Part shown: positions 46,808 to 56,029 of the stretch, piece after piece | How positions within the stretch are numbered: the first letter of the stretch is position 1 | Layout of the letters: each line of letters starts with the position of its first letter | Source of the DNA: Vulcanimicrobiota bacterium | GTDB lineage: Bacteria > Vulcanimicrobiota > CADAWZ01 > Ess09-12 | Direction of reading: 5' to 3' | DNA: 64,000 nucleotides | Assembly (NCBI GenBank): GCA_031082125.1 | Contig: JAVHLM010000003.1 | Coordinates: forward strand, 288,842 to 352,841 | The notes under the pieces: generated by a model | Database searches by the model: none | What the model was told of the DNA's origin: nothing | The model's input: the letters and a program-made list of their open reading frames with translations, nothing else | Program-made: the position numbers and the translations under genes

Positions 46808-49711
46808 CTAGGTGAGCTGGCGGTCCGCCAGCTTCCTGAAGGTGCCCTCGACGCTCATGAGCTCTTTGAAGGTGCCTGCCTGCACGATCCTCCCTTTCTC
46901 CAGCACATAGATCCTGTCGGCCTTCACCACGGTGCTGAGCCTCTGTGCTATTACTATCTTTGTGGCCTTGAGAGTGAGAAGCTGTTCCGTCACCACGCTC
47001 TGGACCCTGTTGTCAAGAGAGCTCGTCGCTTCATCGAAGAGCAGTATTCTCGGCTTTTTCGCCAGGGCCCGGGCTATCAGGAGCCTCTGCTTCTGGCCTC
47101 CTGAGAAAGTCTGTTCCCCTTCCATGACCACGGTGTGCATTCCCATCGGCATGGCCTTGATATCCTGGTCTATGCCGGCTGTCCTTGCTGCCTCCCACGC
47201 GTCATCGAGGGAGAGCTCCACCGAGCCCGAGATGTTGGAAAAGATATCGCCGGCCATCAGCTCGCTTTTCTGCAGCACTGCTCCAATCTGGCTCCTCACG
47301 GCCGAGATGTCGAGGGTCCCGAGGTCTCTCCCGTCATAGTAAAGGGCCCCCTGCTCGGGCGCCTCAAAGCCGAGGAGGCACCTGAAAAGGGTTGATTTCC
47401 CTGATCCCGAGGGCCCCACGAAGGCAATAAACTCGCCGGGCTTCGCCTGGAAGGTGACGCTCTTCAGCACCATGGGACCGTCGGTCCTGTAACGGAAAGA
47501 GAGATTGCTCGCCTCCACGGCACCATGGAGCTCGCCGGGGTCAAGCTTCTCCTCGTCAACCTCCTGTAATGCCTCAAATATAGGCTTCATCCTGTCGTAG
47601 AGGGGAACGCTCCTTACGAGCTCCCCCGCAATGGCACCCAACTGGATCATGGCGGCAAGAAACCCGGTGAAGGCGGCGTTGAAAGCGAGAAAATTCCCCA
47701 GGCTCATGGAGGTCCCTCCGATGACCTCAGCGTTATGCTCCATGGTGGCGGCGAGAGCAAAAATTGCGCCTGCGGACAGGAGAGGGAGCATTGAGGTGAA
47801 GACCTCGAGACGGGCGCCCACAAGGCCGGCTTTATAGGAAAAGTTTTTCTGACGCGAGAACTTCCCGGCCCATTCTGAAAAAGCGAGAGCCTGTGCCCCT
47901 GCTATCTTTATCTTGCCGATCCCTTTCACAAGGTCAAAGACGAAGCCATAGAGCTGTCCCTGGATATTGATCTCTCTGCGGGCGAGGGAAAGCTGGAGAG
48001 AGCTGGCAAGAATAATCGCCGCGAGCAGTGCCAGGGCAAAGAGAGCGGCAGTTATTGCAAGACTGCTCTGATAATAGAAAAGGATCAGAAAGCTGAAGGA
48101 GGCATAGATCGCCCCCTGTATGGCCGGTAAGGCAAGGCCCTCGAAGAACTGGCTCATGATGGAGTCGAAGCCCAGGGAGCGCATGGCGAGATCACCTGAC
48201 GAGTACCTGTTGAAGAAAGCGCAGGGCAGGGCCATGAGCCGATCCCACAGGGCGCACTGGATGACGCCCTTGGCCGTTCCTTCCATCCTGAGAAAAGCAA
48301 CACCCTGGGTAAACTGAAAGACTGCCACCGCAAGAGAGCCCGCCAGAAGGGCCACGGAGAGCTGCACCAGGAGGGGCATCTCCCTTTCCGGGACTATCAA
48401 GTCAAAGATTATCCCCGTCGCCACAGGAATAAGCAGGCCGAATAACCCCATTGCCATCGCCACAAAAACCGATACCTTCATGTCGGATTTAAGCAGCGGC
48501 AGGCTGATGAGCAGGATATCCCGTAGGGAAAGAGGTTTATTGGGAAAGGGCCTGTAGAGCATGTAAGCCTTAGTATCAATGGAGGCGGCTCTCTCCCTGT
48601 CAACAGGAAACTCGGAAATTTCACCTGAAGCAACCCCCTTATAGCGTCCTTTACAAGGCAGAAGAGCCAGAGGCTTCCCCGATTCCTTGAGAAAACCGAC
48701 CATGGGCCCCCTTTCCCTCTTCCACCAATCACCTTCGAGGGTGACTCTCCGCGTCCTCACCTTTGACGCTCTTGAAATGGCCGAAAGAGAGAGGGGTGGA
48801 GCATTCTCCCCATGCGAAGCAGGAGGCTCTTTCAGCGTGAAATGCATATATTCAGCCACACGCCGGCAAGCGTTGAAAAGAGGCGATTCGCCGGAAGGCG
48901 CCTCCTCCCCGGGTGAGCCTGCCTTCTCCGTTGATGAGGCGAGATAATGGAGGGCTTTACTCAATACCTGGCCCTCATGCTGCCTCCTCTGCTCAATGGT
49001 CTCCGATTCCCTGCGCTCCTGCCCGTCCATCGAATGGCCGATGGCGCAGAGCACCGCCCTGTGAAACGCGCTGAGCCCGGCAAGCTCCCGGTCTTCCGCG
49101 ACGTAGTGGGCGGTAGTCAATGACTTCAGCCTTGAGGGCTCGCGGCATGATGCCCATCCAAGGCGGGAGAGGGGGAAGTATGAGCCGGAAAGGGCGCATG
49201 GCTCTCCATCGATGCCCATAAATGCCGAGGCCCCTTCCCGGTGTGAGATCCACAGGACGGGAGCGAGTGAGCTGATGGCGTCATCCTTCTCAGCGAGGTA
49301 CTCTTCACCTTCGGTGAGAAGCCTCAGCTTTCTTGGAAGTGATGCCGTTCTGAGAAGCCCCCTCGAAAGCGCCTCGATCCATCGGTCAGCAAGAGGGACA
49401 AGCTCCGCGCCAACTGCTGAGATACTTGTCTCTTGGAGCTCTGTCCCGTTTTCGCCCACGGCGAGGAGTGCGATGCCCTGAAAGGGCTCGAAACCGAAGA
49501 GAGCCTCATCCTTCTCAATTGTGCAGACATAATGACGGTATGAGGCCGCGCCGCCATGCCTCACGGCAAAGATATTGACACGGTTTTTCCTCACTATCCA
49601 GACAGACCCCGTTCCTTCGGCAAAAAAAGGCTCATTTCCGCCGACGGCTCTTCTGCCTTCAGGTCTGTTGCTCTCGTTTCTGCCGTCTCCTTCCATGCTC
49701 CGCTCCCTCAA
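46808..49711 (-). CDS. ABC transporter permease/ATP-binding protein with ~420-aa N-terminal cytoplasmic extension (NHLM/Nif11 bacteriocin-export type, non-peptidase subunit)
   Basis: C-terminal half has six TM helices and an NBD (Walker A GPSGSGKST, signature FSGGQKQRL, Walker B ILLFDEAT). The N-terminal 420 aa have no C39 Cys/His motif and no recognised domain. Confidence 0.75.
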   Translation of the reverse strand: MRERSMEGDGRNESNRPEGRRAVGGNEPFFAEGTGSVWIVRKNRVNIFAVRHGGAASYRHYVCTIEKDEALFGFEPFQGIALLAVGENGTELQETSISAVGAELVPLADRWIEALSRGLLRTASLPRKLRLLTEGEEYLAEKDDAISSLAPVLWISHREGASAFMGIDGEPCALSGSYFPLSRLGWASCREPSRLKSLTTAHYVAEDRELAGLSAFHRAVLCAIGHSMDGQERRESETIEQRRQHEGQVLSKALHYLASSTEKAGSPGEEAPSGESPLFNACRRVAEYMHFTLKEPPASHGENAPPLSLSAISRASKVRTRRVTLEGDWWKRERGPMVGFLKESGKPLALLPCKGRYKGVASGEISEFPVDRERAASIDTKAYMLYRPFPNKPLSLRDILLISLPLLKSDMKVSVFVAMAMGLFGLLIPVATGIIFDLIVPEREMPLLVQLSVALLAGSLAVAVFQFTQGVAFLRMEGTAKGVIQCALWDRLMALPCAFFNRYSSGDLAMRSLGFDSIMSQFFEGLALPAIQGAIYASFSFLILFYYQSSLAITAALFALALLAAIILASSLQLSLARREINIQGQLYGFVFDLVKGIGKIKIAGAQALAFSEWAGKFSRQKNFSYKAGLVGARLEVFTSMLPLLSAGAIFALAATMEHNAEVIGGTSMSLGNFLAFNAAFTGFLAAMIQLGAIAGELVRSVPLYDRMKPIFEALQEVDEEKLDPGELHGAVEASNLSFRYRTDGPMVLKSVTFQAKPGEFIAFVGPSGSGKSTLFRCLLGFEAPEQGALYYDGRDLGTLDISAVRSQIGAVLQKSELMAGDIFSNISGSVELSLDDAWEAARTAGIDQDIKAMPMGMHTVVMEGEQTFSGGQKQRLLIARALAKKPRILLFDEATSSLDNRVQSVVTEQLLTLKATKIVIAQRLSTVVKADRIYVLEKGRIVQAGTFKELMSVEGTFRKLADRQLT

Positions 49712-49715
49712 TTAC

Positions 49716-51914
49716 TCACATCTCTATCAGGTTTCTGTAAAGTCCCTCTTCCTTGATGAGGGACTCATGGGTCCCTCTCTGCGCGACCTTGCCGCCGTCG
49801 AGGACGACGATCTCGTCACAGTCCCTTATGGTGCTCAGCCTGTGGGCAATGATGACGGTGGTGCAGCCTCTTCTTCTCAGGTTGCCGTCAATGGCGAGCT
49901 CCGTGAGGGGGTCCAGTGCGCTTGTAGCCTCGTCAAGGACTATGATGCGGGGGTTCGTGACGAGAGCCCGCGCGATCTCCAGTCTCTGGCGCTGCCCGCC
50001 GCTGAAGTTTCTCCCCCCTTCCTCGACGAGGCTTTCATACCCGGACTCCCTCTCGTTGATGTCGTCGTGGATGGAGGCGTCCTTTGCCGCCAGTACGATG
50101 TCGGTTTCCTCTACGGCGGTCTCCCAGAGTGTCAGATTCTCCCTGATGGTGCCCTCGAAGAGCATGATGGTCTGATCCACCTGCGAGAGGCTGCTCTTCA
50201 GGATACCTGCCGGGACCTCTGCGAGAGGCTTGCCGTCAAAGAGCACCTCTCCCTGCCAGGGGGCGTAGAGGCCGCAGAGTATCTTTGAGACCGTCGATTT
50301 CCCGCTGCCTGACGGGCCTATGATGGCAACCCTCGAGCCGGGAGAGAGGGAAAGGCTGAAGCCCTGGAGGAGGGGCGGGTCAAAAGGGCCGTATCCGAAG
50401 GTAATGTCCCTCAGCTCGACAGTCCCTTCAAGTTTTCCGGCCCTGGCCGCGCCATCACCGTTGGTCTTACCGGGCACTTCCCCTTCATCGCTCTCCCGGC
50501 GGCCCGGCAGAGCGCCTTTCACTTTGTAGCGGAACACGTCATCAATCCTGCTTATGGTGCCCTCAATCTCCTGGATGCTCGCGCCGAGGTTCACCAGGTT
50601 ATTGATGGGAGTCACGAAGAGGGCCATAAGGCTCTGGTATGCCACAAGGGACCCTATGGTCATCTTGCCGTTCATCACCATGAGGCTTCCCAGAATCAGT
50701 ATGATGACGTTTCCCAGCGATGAGAGTGACGCAGGCAGGATGGAGAGCGCAGATGTCAGGAAATTGAGCTCCTGCTCGCCGTTTATCACCCTTGTGAAAA
50801 TCCCGGCCCACCGGGAGAAGAAATCCGACTCAGTGCCGCTCGCCTTGAGGGTCTCTATGTAGCGGAGCCCGGAGATTGACGTTCCGACGAGCTTGCCACG
50901 GTCGTTGAGAAGCCTCAGGTTCCCATGGACCCTTCTGTCTGAGACATATTTAAGGGCCACGAAATTGAGGGCCGTGAGAAAGAGGCAGATGGCCGTGAGG
51001 CGCGCGCTGTAGAGAAAGAGGATGACAAGGTAGAAGAGGGCAAGAAACACATTCAGGATCGTGACGGAGAGCTGGTTGGAAAGGAGCTGGGCTATCCTGT
51101 CGTTGAGGGAGACCCTCGAGACGATGTCGCCGGCGAAGCGTTGCTCGAAAAACTCTACAGGAAGCCTGAGGAGGCGCCAGAGGTACTTGCCGGACTCGCT
51201 GACCGAGAGGTGCGTTTCCAGCCTCAGCAGGCAGAACCTCTGCAGCCACGTGAGGAATCCCCGGAGCACTGCGATGATGAGCATTGCCGTTACCAGGGGA
51301 AAAAGCATGGTCTCGACGCCGCCTGAAAAGATACCATCTATGAATATCTTGGTGAAGAGAGGGACTGCCATGCCGGGCAGCACCAGGGCAAGTCCCGCGA
51401 GGAGGGCGAAGAAAAGGGCTTTCCGCGAGCCCCCCACCCTTGTGTTCAGGCTGTCGATAATGGTCCTTCTGCTCCCCTCTCTCCTGAAGTCCGGCCCCGG
51501 CTTGAAGGTGAGCACCACGCCGGTGAATGAGTCGCTGAATTCCTGAGGGGACACCTTTCTCGGTCCGAAGGCGGGATCGTTGATATAAAACCACTCCCTG
51601 CTGAAGCCTTCGACAACCACGAAGTGATTGAAATTCCAGAAGACGATGAGAGGAAATTCCTGCCCGCAGAGCTCGTCAATATCGAGACTTAAAGCCTCGG
51701 TGACAAGACCATACTCCCGTGCGGTCTTCACTATGTTGAGGGCTTTGCTCCCGTTGCGCGTCACGCCGCATTCTATTCTCAGCTTTTCAAGAGGCACATT
51801 TCTGCCGTAGAAGGAGAGCACGATGCCCAGCGCCGCCGCCCCGCATTCAAGGGCTTCCATCTGGAGCACTGTCGGTGTCTTTACTCTCCGGGAGCGTTTT
51901 TTTTCAGCGTTCAT
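49716..51914 (-). CDS. bacteriocin-processing ABC transporter with N-terminal C39 cysteine peptidase domain (SunT/LagD-like)
   Basis: N-terminal C39 domain TVLQMEALECGAAALGIVLSFYG (catalytic Cys) ...FNHFVVVEG (His). Six TM helices. NBD (GPSGSGKST, FSGGQRQRL, IIVLDEAT). Confidence 0.85.
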   Translation of the reverse strand: MNAEKKRSRRVKTPTVLQMEALECGAAALGIVLSFYGRNVPLEKLRIECGVTRNGSKALNIVKTAREYGLVTEALSLDIDELCGQEFPLIVFWNFNHFVVVEGFSREWFYINDPAFGPRKVSPQEFSDSFTGVVLTFKPGPDFRREGSRRTIIDSLNTRVGGSRKALFFALLAGLALVLPGMAVPLFTKIFIDGIFSGGVETMLFPLVTAMLIIAVLRGFLTWLQRFCLLRLETHLSVSESGKYLWRLLRLPVEFFEQRFAGDIVSRVSLNDRIAQLLSNQLSVTILNVFLALFYLVILFLYSARLTAICLFLTALNFVALKYVSDRRVHGNLRLLNDRGKLVGTSISGLRYIETLKASGTESDFFSRWAGIFTRVINGEQELNFLTSALSILPASLSSLGNVIILILGSLMVMNGKMTIGSLVAYQSLMALFVTPINNLVNLGASIQEIEGTISRIDDVFRYKVKGALPGRRESDEGEVPGKTNGDGAARAGKLEGTVELRDITFGYGPFDPPLLQGFSLSLSPGSRVAIIGPSGSGKSTVSKILCGLYAPWQGEVLFDGKPLAEVPAGILKSSLSQVDQTIMLFEGTIRENLTLWETAVEETDIVLAAKDASIHDDINERESGYESLVEEGGRNFSGGQRQRLEIARALVTNPRIIVLDEATSALDPLTELAIDGNLRRRGCTTVIIAHRLSTIRDCDEIVVLDGGKVAQRGTHESLIKEEGLYRNLIEM

Positions 51915-51917
51915 GCA

Positions 51918-52742
51918 CTAAAACCTGACTGGAAGCATGAGGGAGAGCGGCGTCACCGTTTTCAAGATAACGGTGGCGGAGCAGGGAGTGACATTGCTGA
52001 TCTTGATGGCGGGCCCCCTGCCTGACGACCACTTGTAGCCGCTCACGGTGGAGGCATCCCTGGTGGGGATGGCGCGGATTCCGATCTTCGGGGTTCCTTT
52101 CAGGCAGATCTCTGCCAGGGTCTCATTATGGACTTTCCTCATCACCTCGGCCCTGGTGACAGGAAACTCCGTGATGCCGGCGACCTTCCCGTAAATGAAG
52201 CCGAAGTCCTGCCTGTTCACCGTCGAGGGGGATATCAGAATGTCCATGCCGGGCGTTACAAGCTTTCCGTTCTCCATTGAAATGAAAATGACGGCATCTA
52301 TTTCTGAAGTTTCGGCCTGAACGGTCCCGAAGGTTTCTTCCTGCCTTATGAAGTTACCCTCGTCAAAAGGGAGCGATACGAGAATTCCCGTCATGGGGCT
52401 TTTGATTTCGAAGGCATCGCCGCCGGAGGAATCGGTCCTTCGCACCCTTGCGAGCACCTGGTCCCTTGTAACCCGATCTCCCTGCTTCACCGGCAGGCAT
52501 TCTATGGTTCCTGCCAGGCCGGCGATGATTCCTTTCATTTCCCCCATGCCCAGCAGCATTCCCTCTCCGCTTATGGTGATGGGAATTCTTCCAAAAATCA
52601 GCCACAGGATCGCGAAGAGTATAAGGACCCCTGAGGCGGCGAGGGCAAGCCACCCCCTGGAGCTTACAATGGTGACGCACTGGTCGAGCTGCTCCGGCGA
52701 GGTGAGCTTCTGTAAGGCCTCTTTCCTGTATATCTCCCTCAT
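51918..52742 (-). CDS. HlyD-family membrane-fusion/secretion protein (bacteriocin export accessory)
   Basis: MREIYRKEALQKLTSPEQLDQ then a single TM helix and a beta-barrel/lipoyl-like periplasmic domain. It lies immediately upstream of and is co-oriented with the two ABC genes. Confidence 0.75.
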   Translation of the reverse strand: MREIYRKEALQKLTSPEQLDQCVTIVSSRGWLALAASGVLILFAILWLIFGRIPITISGEGMLLGMGEMKGIIAGLAGTIECLPVKQGDRVTRDQVLARVRRTDSSGGDAFEIKSPMTGILVSLPFDEGNFIRQEETFGTVQAETSEIDAVIFISMENGKLVTPGMDILISPSTVNRQDFGFIYGKVAGITEFPVTRAEVMRKVHNETLAEICLKGTPKIGIRAIPTRDASTVSGYKWSSGRGPAIKISNVTPCSATVILKTVTPLSLMLPVRF

Positions 52743-52910
52743 AAAAAGATAGTTCTATGGAAATCTCTTTTTCCTTCCTTGTTGAACCTTCCAGCTTCAC
52801 TACTTAAAAGCATGGCAATCTGCTATTCGCAAACTCAGAATTCCCATAACGAAAGCATCTTCCGTCTATGCGGGCTGATTTGCAGTGAGTCGGACGAGAG
52901 GACGGGCCTG

Positions 52911-54398
52911 CTAAAACAGGTCCTTCGCCTCCACAATTTCAATGTCTCCGGTGGTAAGGCCTGGATCATATTTCAGCACCTGCTCATCTACCTTCCGTTC
53001 ATCTTCAGGGAGCGCGCTCTTATACACGGGGCGTGCGTCGATTTTTCCCAGCAGCCGGCCTTTGAGGGTCTCCGGGTCGTCGGTGACAAATACCATCTTT
53101 ACCTTCCGGTCGGCAAGCCTTCTTCCAAGGGCCGAAGATACCTCGCCGGCGGTTATCTTCTTCATCCTCTCCCCGATGGAGGCTATGAAATACGGAATAT
53201 GATAAAAATCGGAATCCATTGAAAATCCAAGTTTCTGGAAGGGGTCATAGTCCCAGAGCTTTGAGTTGTAGGTCACGAAATCCCTCATTATCCTGAAATC
53301 CTTCTCAGAGAGGCCCTTTTCGGCCATCTGATTGAATTGATAGAGCGCATATCTGGCGGCGAAACAGGCATTCTCATTGCTGAGGCTTCTGAGCCATATG
53401 GAGAAGTACTGCCGCAAGCGGGGGATCCTTACGCCGGGCATCTTGTCCTGGCCGCCTTCCCTGAATTTTTCAAGGTAGGAATAATCGCCGTAGTTGAAGC
53501 CGCGGACCTTGCGAAGCTCGCGGCTGAGCAGGCAGTTGAGATAGCGGTGCTGCCCGAAGTGCGCATTGGTAATCATGAGCGGATAGAAATCATCATCGGC
53601 GCGGGTGAAGTCAACGGGGAATCCCAGGGCTACGTCACAGGCGTCGCCATCTTTCCTGATGATCAGCACCCTGTTTCTTTCGATGGGCTCCGGGGTACCT
53701 ATGGCTTTCATTTCAGGCTTTCCCGGCGGAAGCGCGTCGAGATCGCTCATCACCTGCTTTTTTATCATGCCGCATTCACGGCCGGCTACGCCTAGCTCGT
53801 AATTCTCCTTTGTATAGCGCGAGGCGAAAAAAGAGGTCACCTCCCGGACGGTGAGAGCCGCGAGAGATTTCTCCGTGCCTGAATCGGGTGTCCCATAGGG
53901 GTGGCCTCTGTAGATGAAGCGCTCCAGAGCCGCCTGGGCCAGGCTTTCACCATGCCTGGAGATATGGTCGCGGTGGTTCGCGGCCTGGGCCAGGGCACGC
54001 TGAAGCGAGTCTGCGTTTATACGGGGCGAGGTAATTCCTGCAATAAAAACAGGATAGACCTCATTGAACTTTTCCCTGTGGGCTTTGAAGAAAAAAGTGG
54101 TGATCTCTTTGTCAGCCTGCGCGGAGAATGATGCTCCCGATGCCGGCGCCTTTTCGTTGATCGCCCTGTCTATCTGTTCCTCAATCAATCGGGTGGTGAC
54201 ATAATTCAGGCCCTCTTTCCCTTCGGGATCATTGACGGCTCCGGTGCGGAACGAGAGCACGACATACACGACCTCCGAGCCCGGGAGTGCCAGCGTGGTA
54301 ATGCCGGTATTCTTCTCCTTATCAAGCTCAATGGCATTTGTCGGTAAGGTGAGAGCGAGAATAAAGACCAGCACGATGCAGAATCTACTCATGAGCAT
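52911..54398 (-). CDS. M16-family peptidase-like protein lacking the HxxEH motif (probable non-catalytic partner subunit), secreted
   Basis: Signal peptide. Pitrilysin-like two-domain architecture but no HxxEH zinc-binding motif. Overlaps the upstream M16 gene by 14 nt. Confidence 0.6.
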   Translation of the reverse strand: MLMSRFCIVLVFILALTLPTNAIELDKEKNTGITTLALPGSEVVYVVLSFRTGAVNDPEGKEGLNYVTTRLIEEQIDRAINEKAPASGASFSAQADKEITTFFFKAHREKFNEVYPVFIAGITSPRINADSLQRALAQAANHRDHISRHGESLAQAALERFIYRGHPYGTPDSGTEKSLAALTVREVTSFFASRYTKENYELGVAGRECGMIKKQVMSDLDALPPGKPEMKAIGTPEPIERNRVLIIRKDGDACDVALGFPVDFTRADDDFYPLMITNAHFGQHRYLNCLLSRELRKVRGFNYGDYSYLEKFREGGQDKMPGVRIPRLRQYFSIWLRSLSNENACFAARYALYQFNQMAEKGLSEKDFRIMRDFVTYNSKLWDYDPFQKLGFSMDSDFYHIPYFIASIGERMKKITAGEVSSALGRRLADRKVKMVFVTDDPETLKGRLLGKIDARPVYKSALPEDERKVDEQVLKYDPGLTTGDIEIVEAKDLF

Positions 54399-55752
54399 CC
54401 TTCCCTTCGGTGAGCGTCACCACGATCCGGTTCTTTTCCGCAAAGTATTTCTCCGCGGCGGCCTTGATTTCTGAAGGCTTCACCCTGAAGTAGTTGTCAT
54501 AATAGAGATGAGCCGCCCGGGTATTTCCTGAAAGAAAGTACGGTCTCGCGTACGTAAAGGCGATCCTGTTCAGTGAATCAAGGTTCGTGAGGGTTTCGAA
54601 GCGCCTTTTCTCTTTTATCTGCCGCAGTTTTTCCGGATCGCAGGGATTTTTTCTGACGGAGTCAACCTCCTGGAAGAAGATCTCCTTTGCCTTCTCTATA
54701 TCCTTTTTATCTTTCAGCTTCATAATGGTGGTAAACAGGCCCGGGTCGCGGGTAGAGCAGCTGCCCGGGAAATCGACAGTGGTCGCGATCTTCTCCTCGT
54801 ACACCAGGCGCTTGTAAAGGGGGGAGCTTTCCGAGAAGGAGAGCTCCTGGATGAGGTCAATGGCAGGGATCTCGATATTCTGAGGATCATAGCCGGGAAT
54901 ATGGTAGGAGATCGAGAGATACGGAGAGGTCTTTCCGGGATAGAGGATGTCTGCCCTTCTTTCGGCGCCCTGGGGCGGCTCAGGGGGAACCTCGGGAAGA
55001 TCTTTGCCACACTTGAGCGACCCGTAATTCTGCCTTATTATCTCTCTCACTTTCTTCTCATCGATATCTCCCGCCACCACGAGCCGGCAGTGATTCGGCT
55101 TATAATAGTCACGGTAAAACTTCATCACCCTTTCGCGGTTTTCGGGCATTTTCTTCAGGGTATCAAGATGCTCCGGCATATCCCTGTATGGGTGGATGGT
55201 ATAGGCGATCTGATAGAGCTTGCTGTCAAGCATGCTCAGGGGCATACGGTAATGCCCCAGGTACTCCCCCAGCACCGCTCCTGTCTCCGCTCTGTATTGA
55301 TCGTCAGGTATCACGAGGCTGCTGAGCTTGTCCGTCATTATCTCGGTAAGCCTCCTGAAGGCCTCCCGGGGAAATATCCTGTAATAACAGGTATAGTCAC
55401 TGGCGGTATAACCCTGTGAATAGACGCCATACTGTGCATAGTATTCATCAACTTTCTCGACCGGATAGTGCTCCGAGTCGCGAAACATCAGGTGCTCCAT
55501 CAGGTGGGTGTACTCGATCTCCTCAGGCTTCTTTTCAGAGCGCATCCCCACATCGAAGGCCAGGAAGTCCATCATCACCCCGTCATCTCCGCACTTTATG
55601 AGCACGACTTCCATACCGTTATCGAGCCTGTAGGACTCCACCGGGAAAGAGAACAGTTCGGCATAAGCGGGAGCAGTGACAAGCAAGCAGATCAAAAATA
55701 GCAGGCCCCCATGGAGAAATTTCCTCATAGTACCTCCTTTCACTGAACTCAA
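54385..55752 (-). CDS. M16-family zinc peptidase (active subunit, inverted zincin HxxEH)
   Basis: Signal peptide. HLMEHLMF (HxxEH) and downstream E in ...GASAFTSWDYTCYY-like context (YTASDYTCYY). Confidence 0.7.
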   Translation of the reverse strand: MSSVKGGTMRKFLHGGLLFLICLLVTAPAYAELFSFPVESYRLDNGMEVVLIKCGDDGVMMDFLAFDVGMRSEKKPEEIEYTHLMEHLMFRDSEHYPVEKVDEYYAQYGVYSQGYTASDYTCYYRIFPREAFRRLTEIMTDKLSSLVIPDDQYRAETGAVLGEYLGHYRMPLSMLDSKLYQIAYTIHPYRDMPEHLDTLKKMPENRERVMKFYRDYYKPNHCRLVVAGDIDEKKVREIIRQNYGSLKCGKDLPEVPPEPPQGAERRADILYPGKTSPYLSISYHIPGYDPQNIEIPAIDLIQELSFSESSPLYKRLVYEEKIATTVDFPGSCSTRDPGLFTTIMKLKDKKDIEKAKEIFFQEVDSVRKNPCDPEKLRQIKEKRRFETLTNLDSLNRIAFTYARPYFLSGNTRAAHLYYDNYFRVKPSEIKAAAEKYFAEKNRIVVTLTEGKDAHE

Positions 55753-56029
55753 TAGTGTCCCCCATTAAGGGAATCAGGTATTCTTAAGATTCCTTGAACG
55801 CCATGCCTTGTTCAAGAGCCCGCTCACCCTGGATGACAGGAACCTGGGGCCCGGCCTCCGCAGCAAATTATACAACAAATCTCTGAAAAAGTCCAAATTT
55901 TCAAGCCCATCAGGTCATGCCCCTTCACCCGTGGACAATGCCGAAGACCCTCACCGGGGGAAAATATGCCCGTGCCGTAGAATGATTACAGGATGCTTGC
56001 AACCATGCTTCACGGAGAAAGTGCATACC

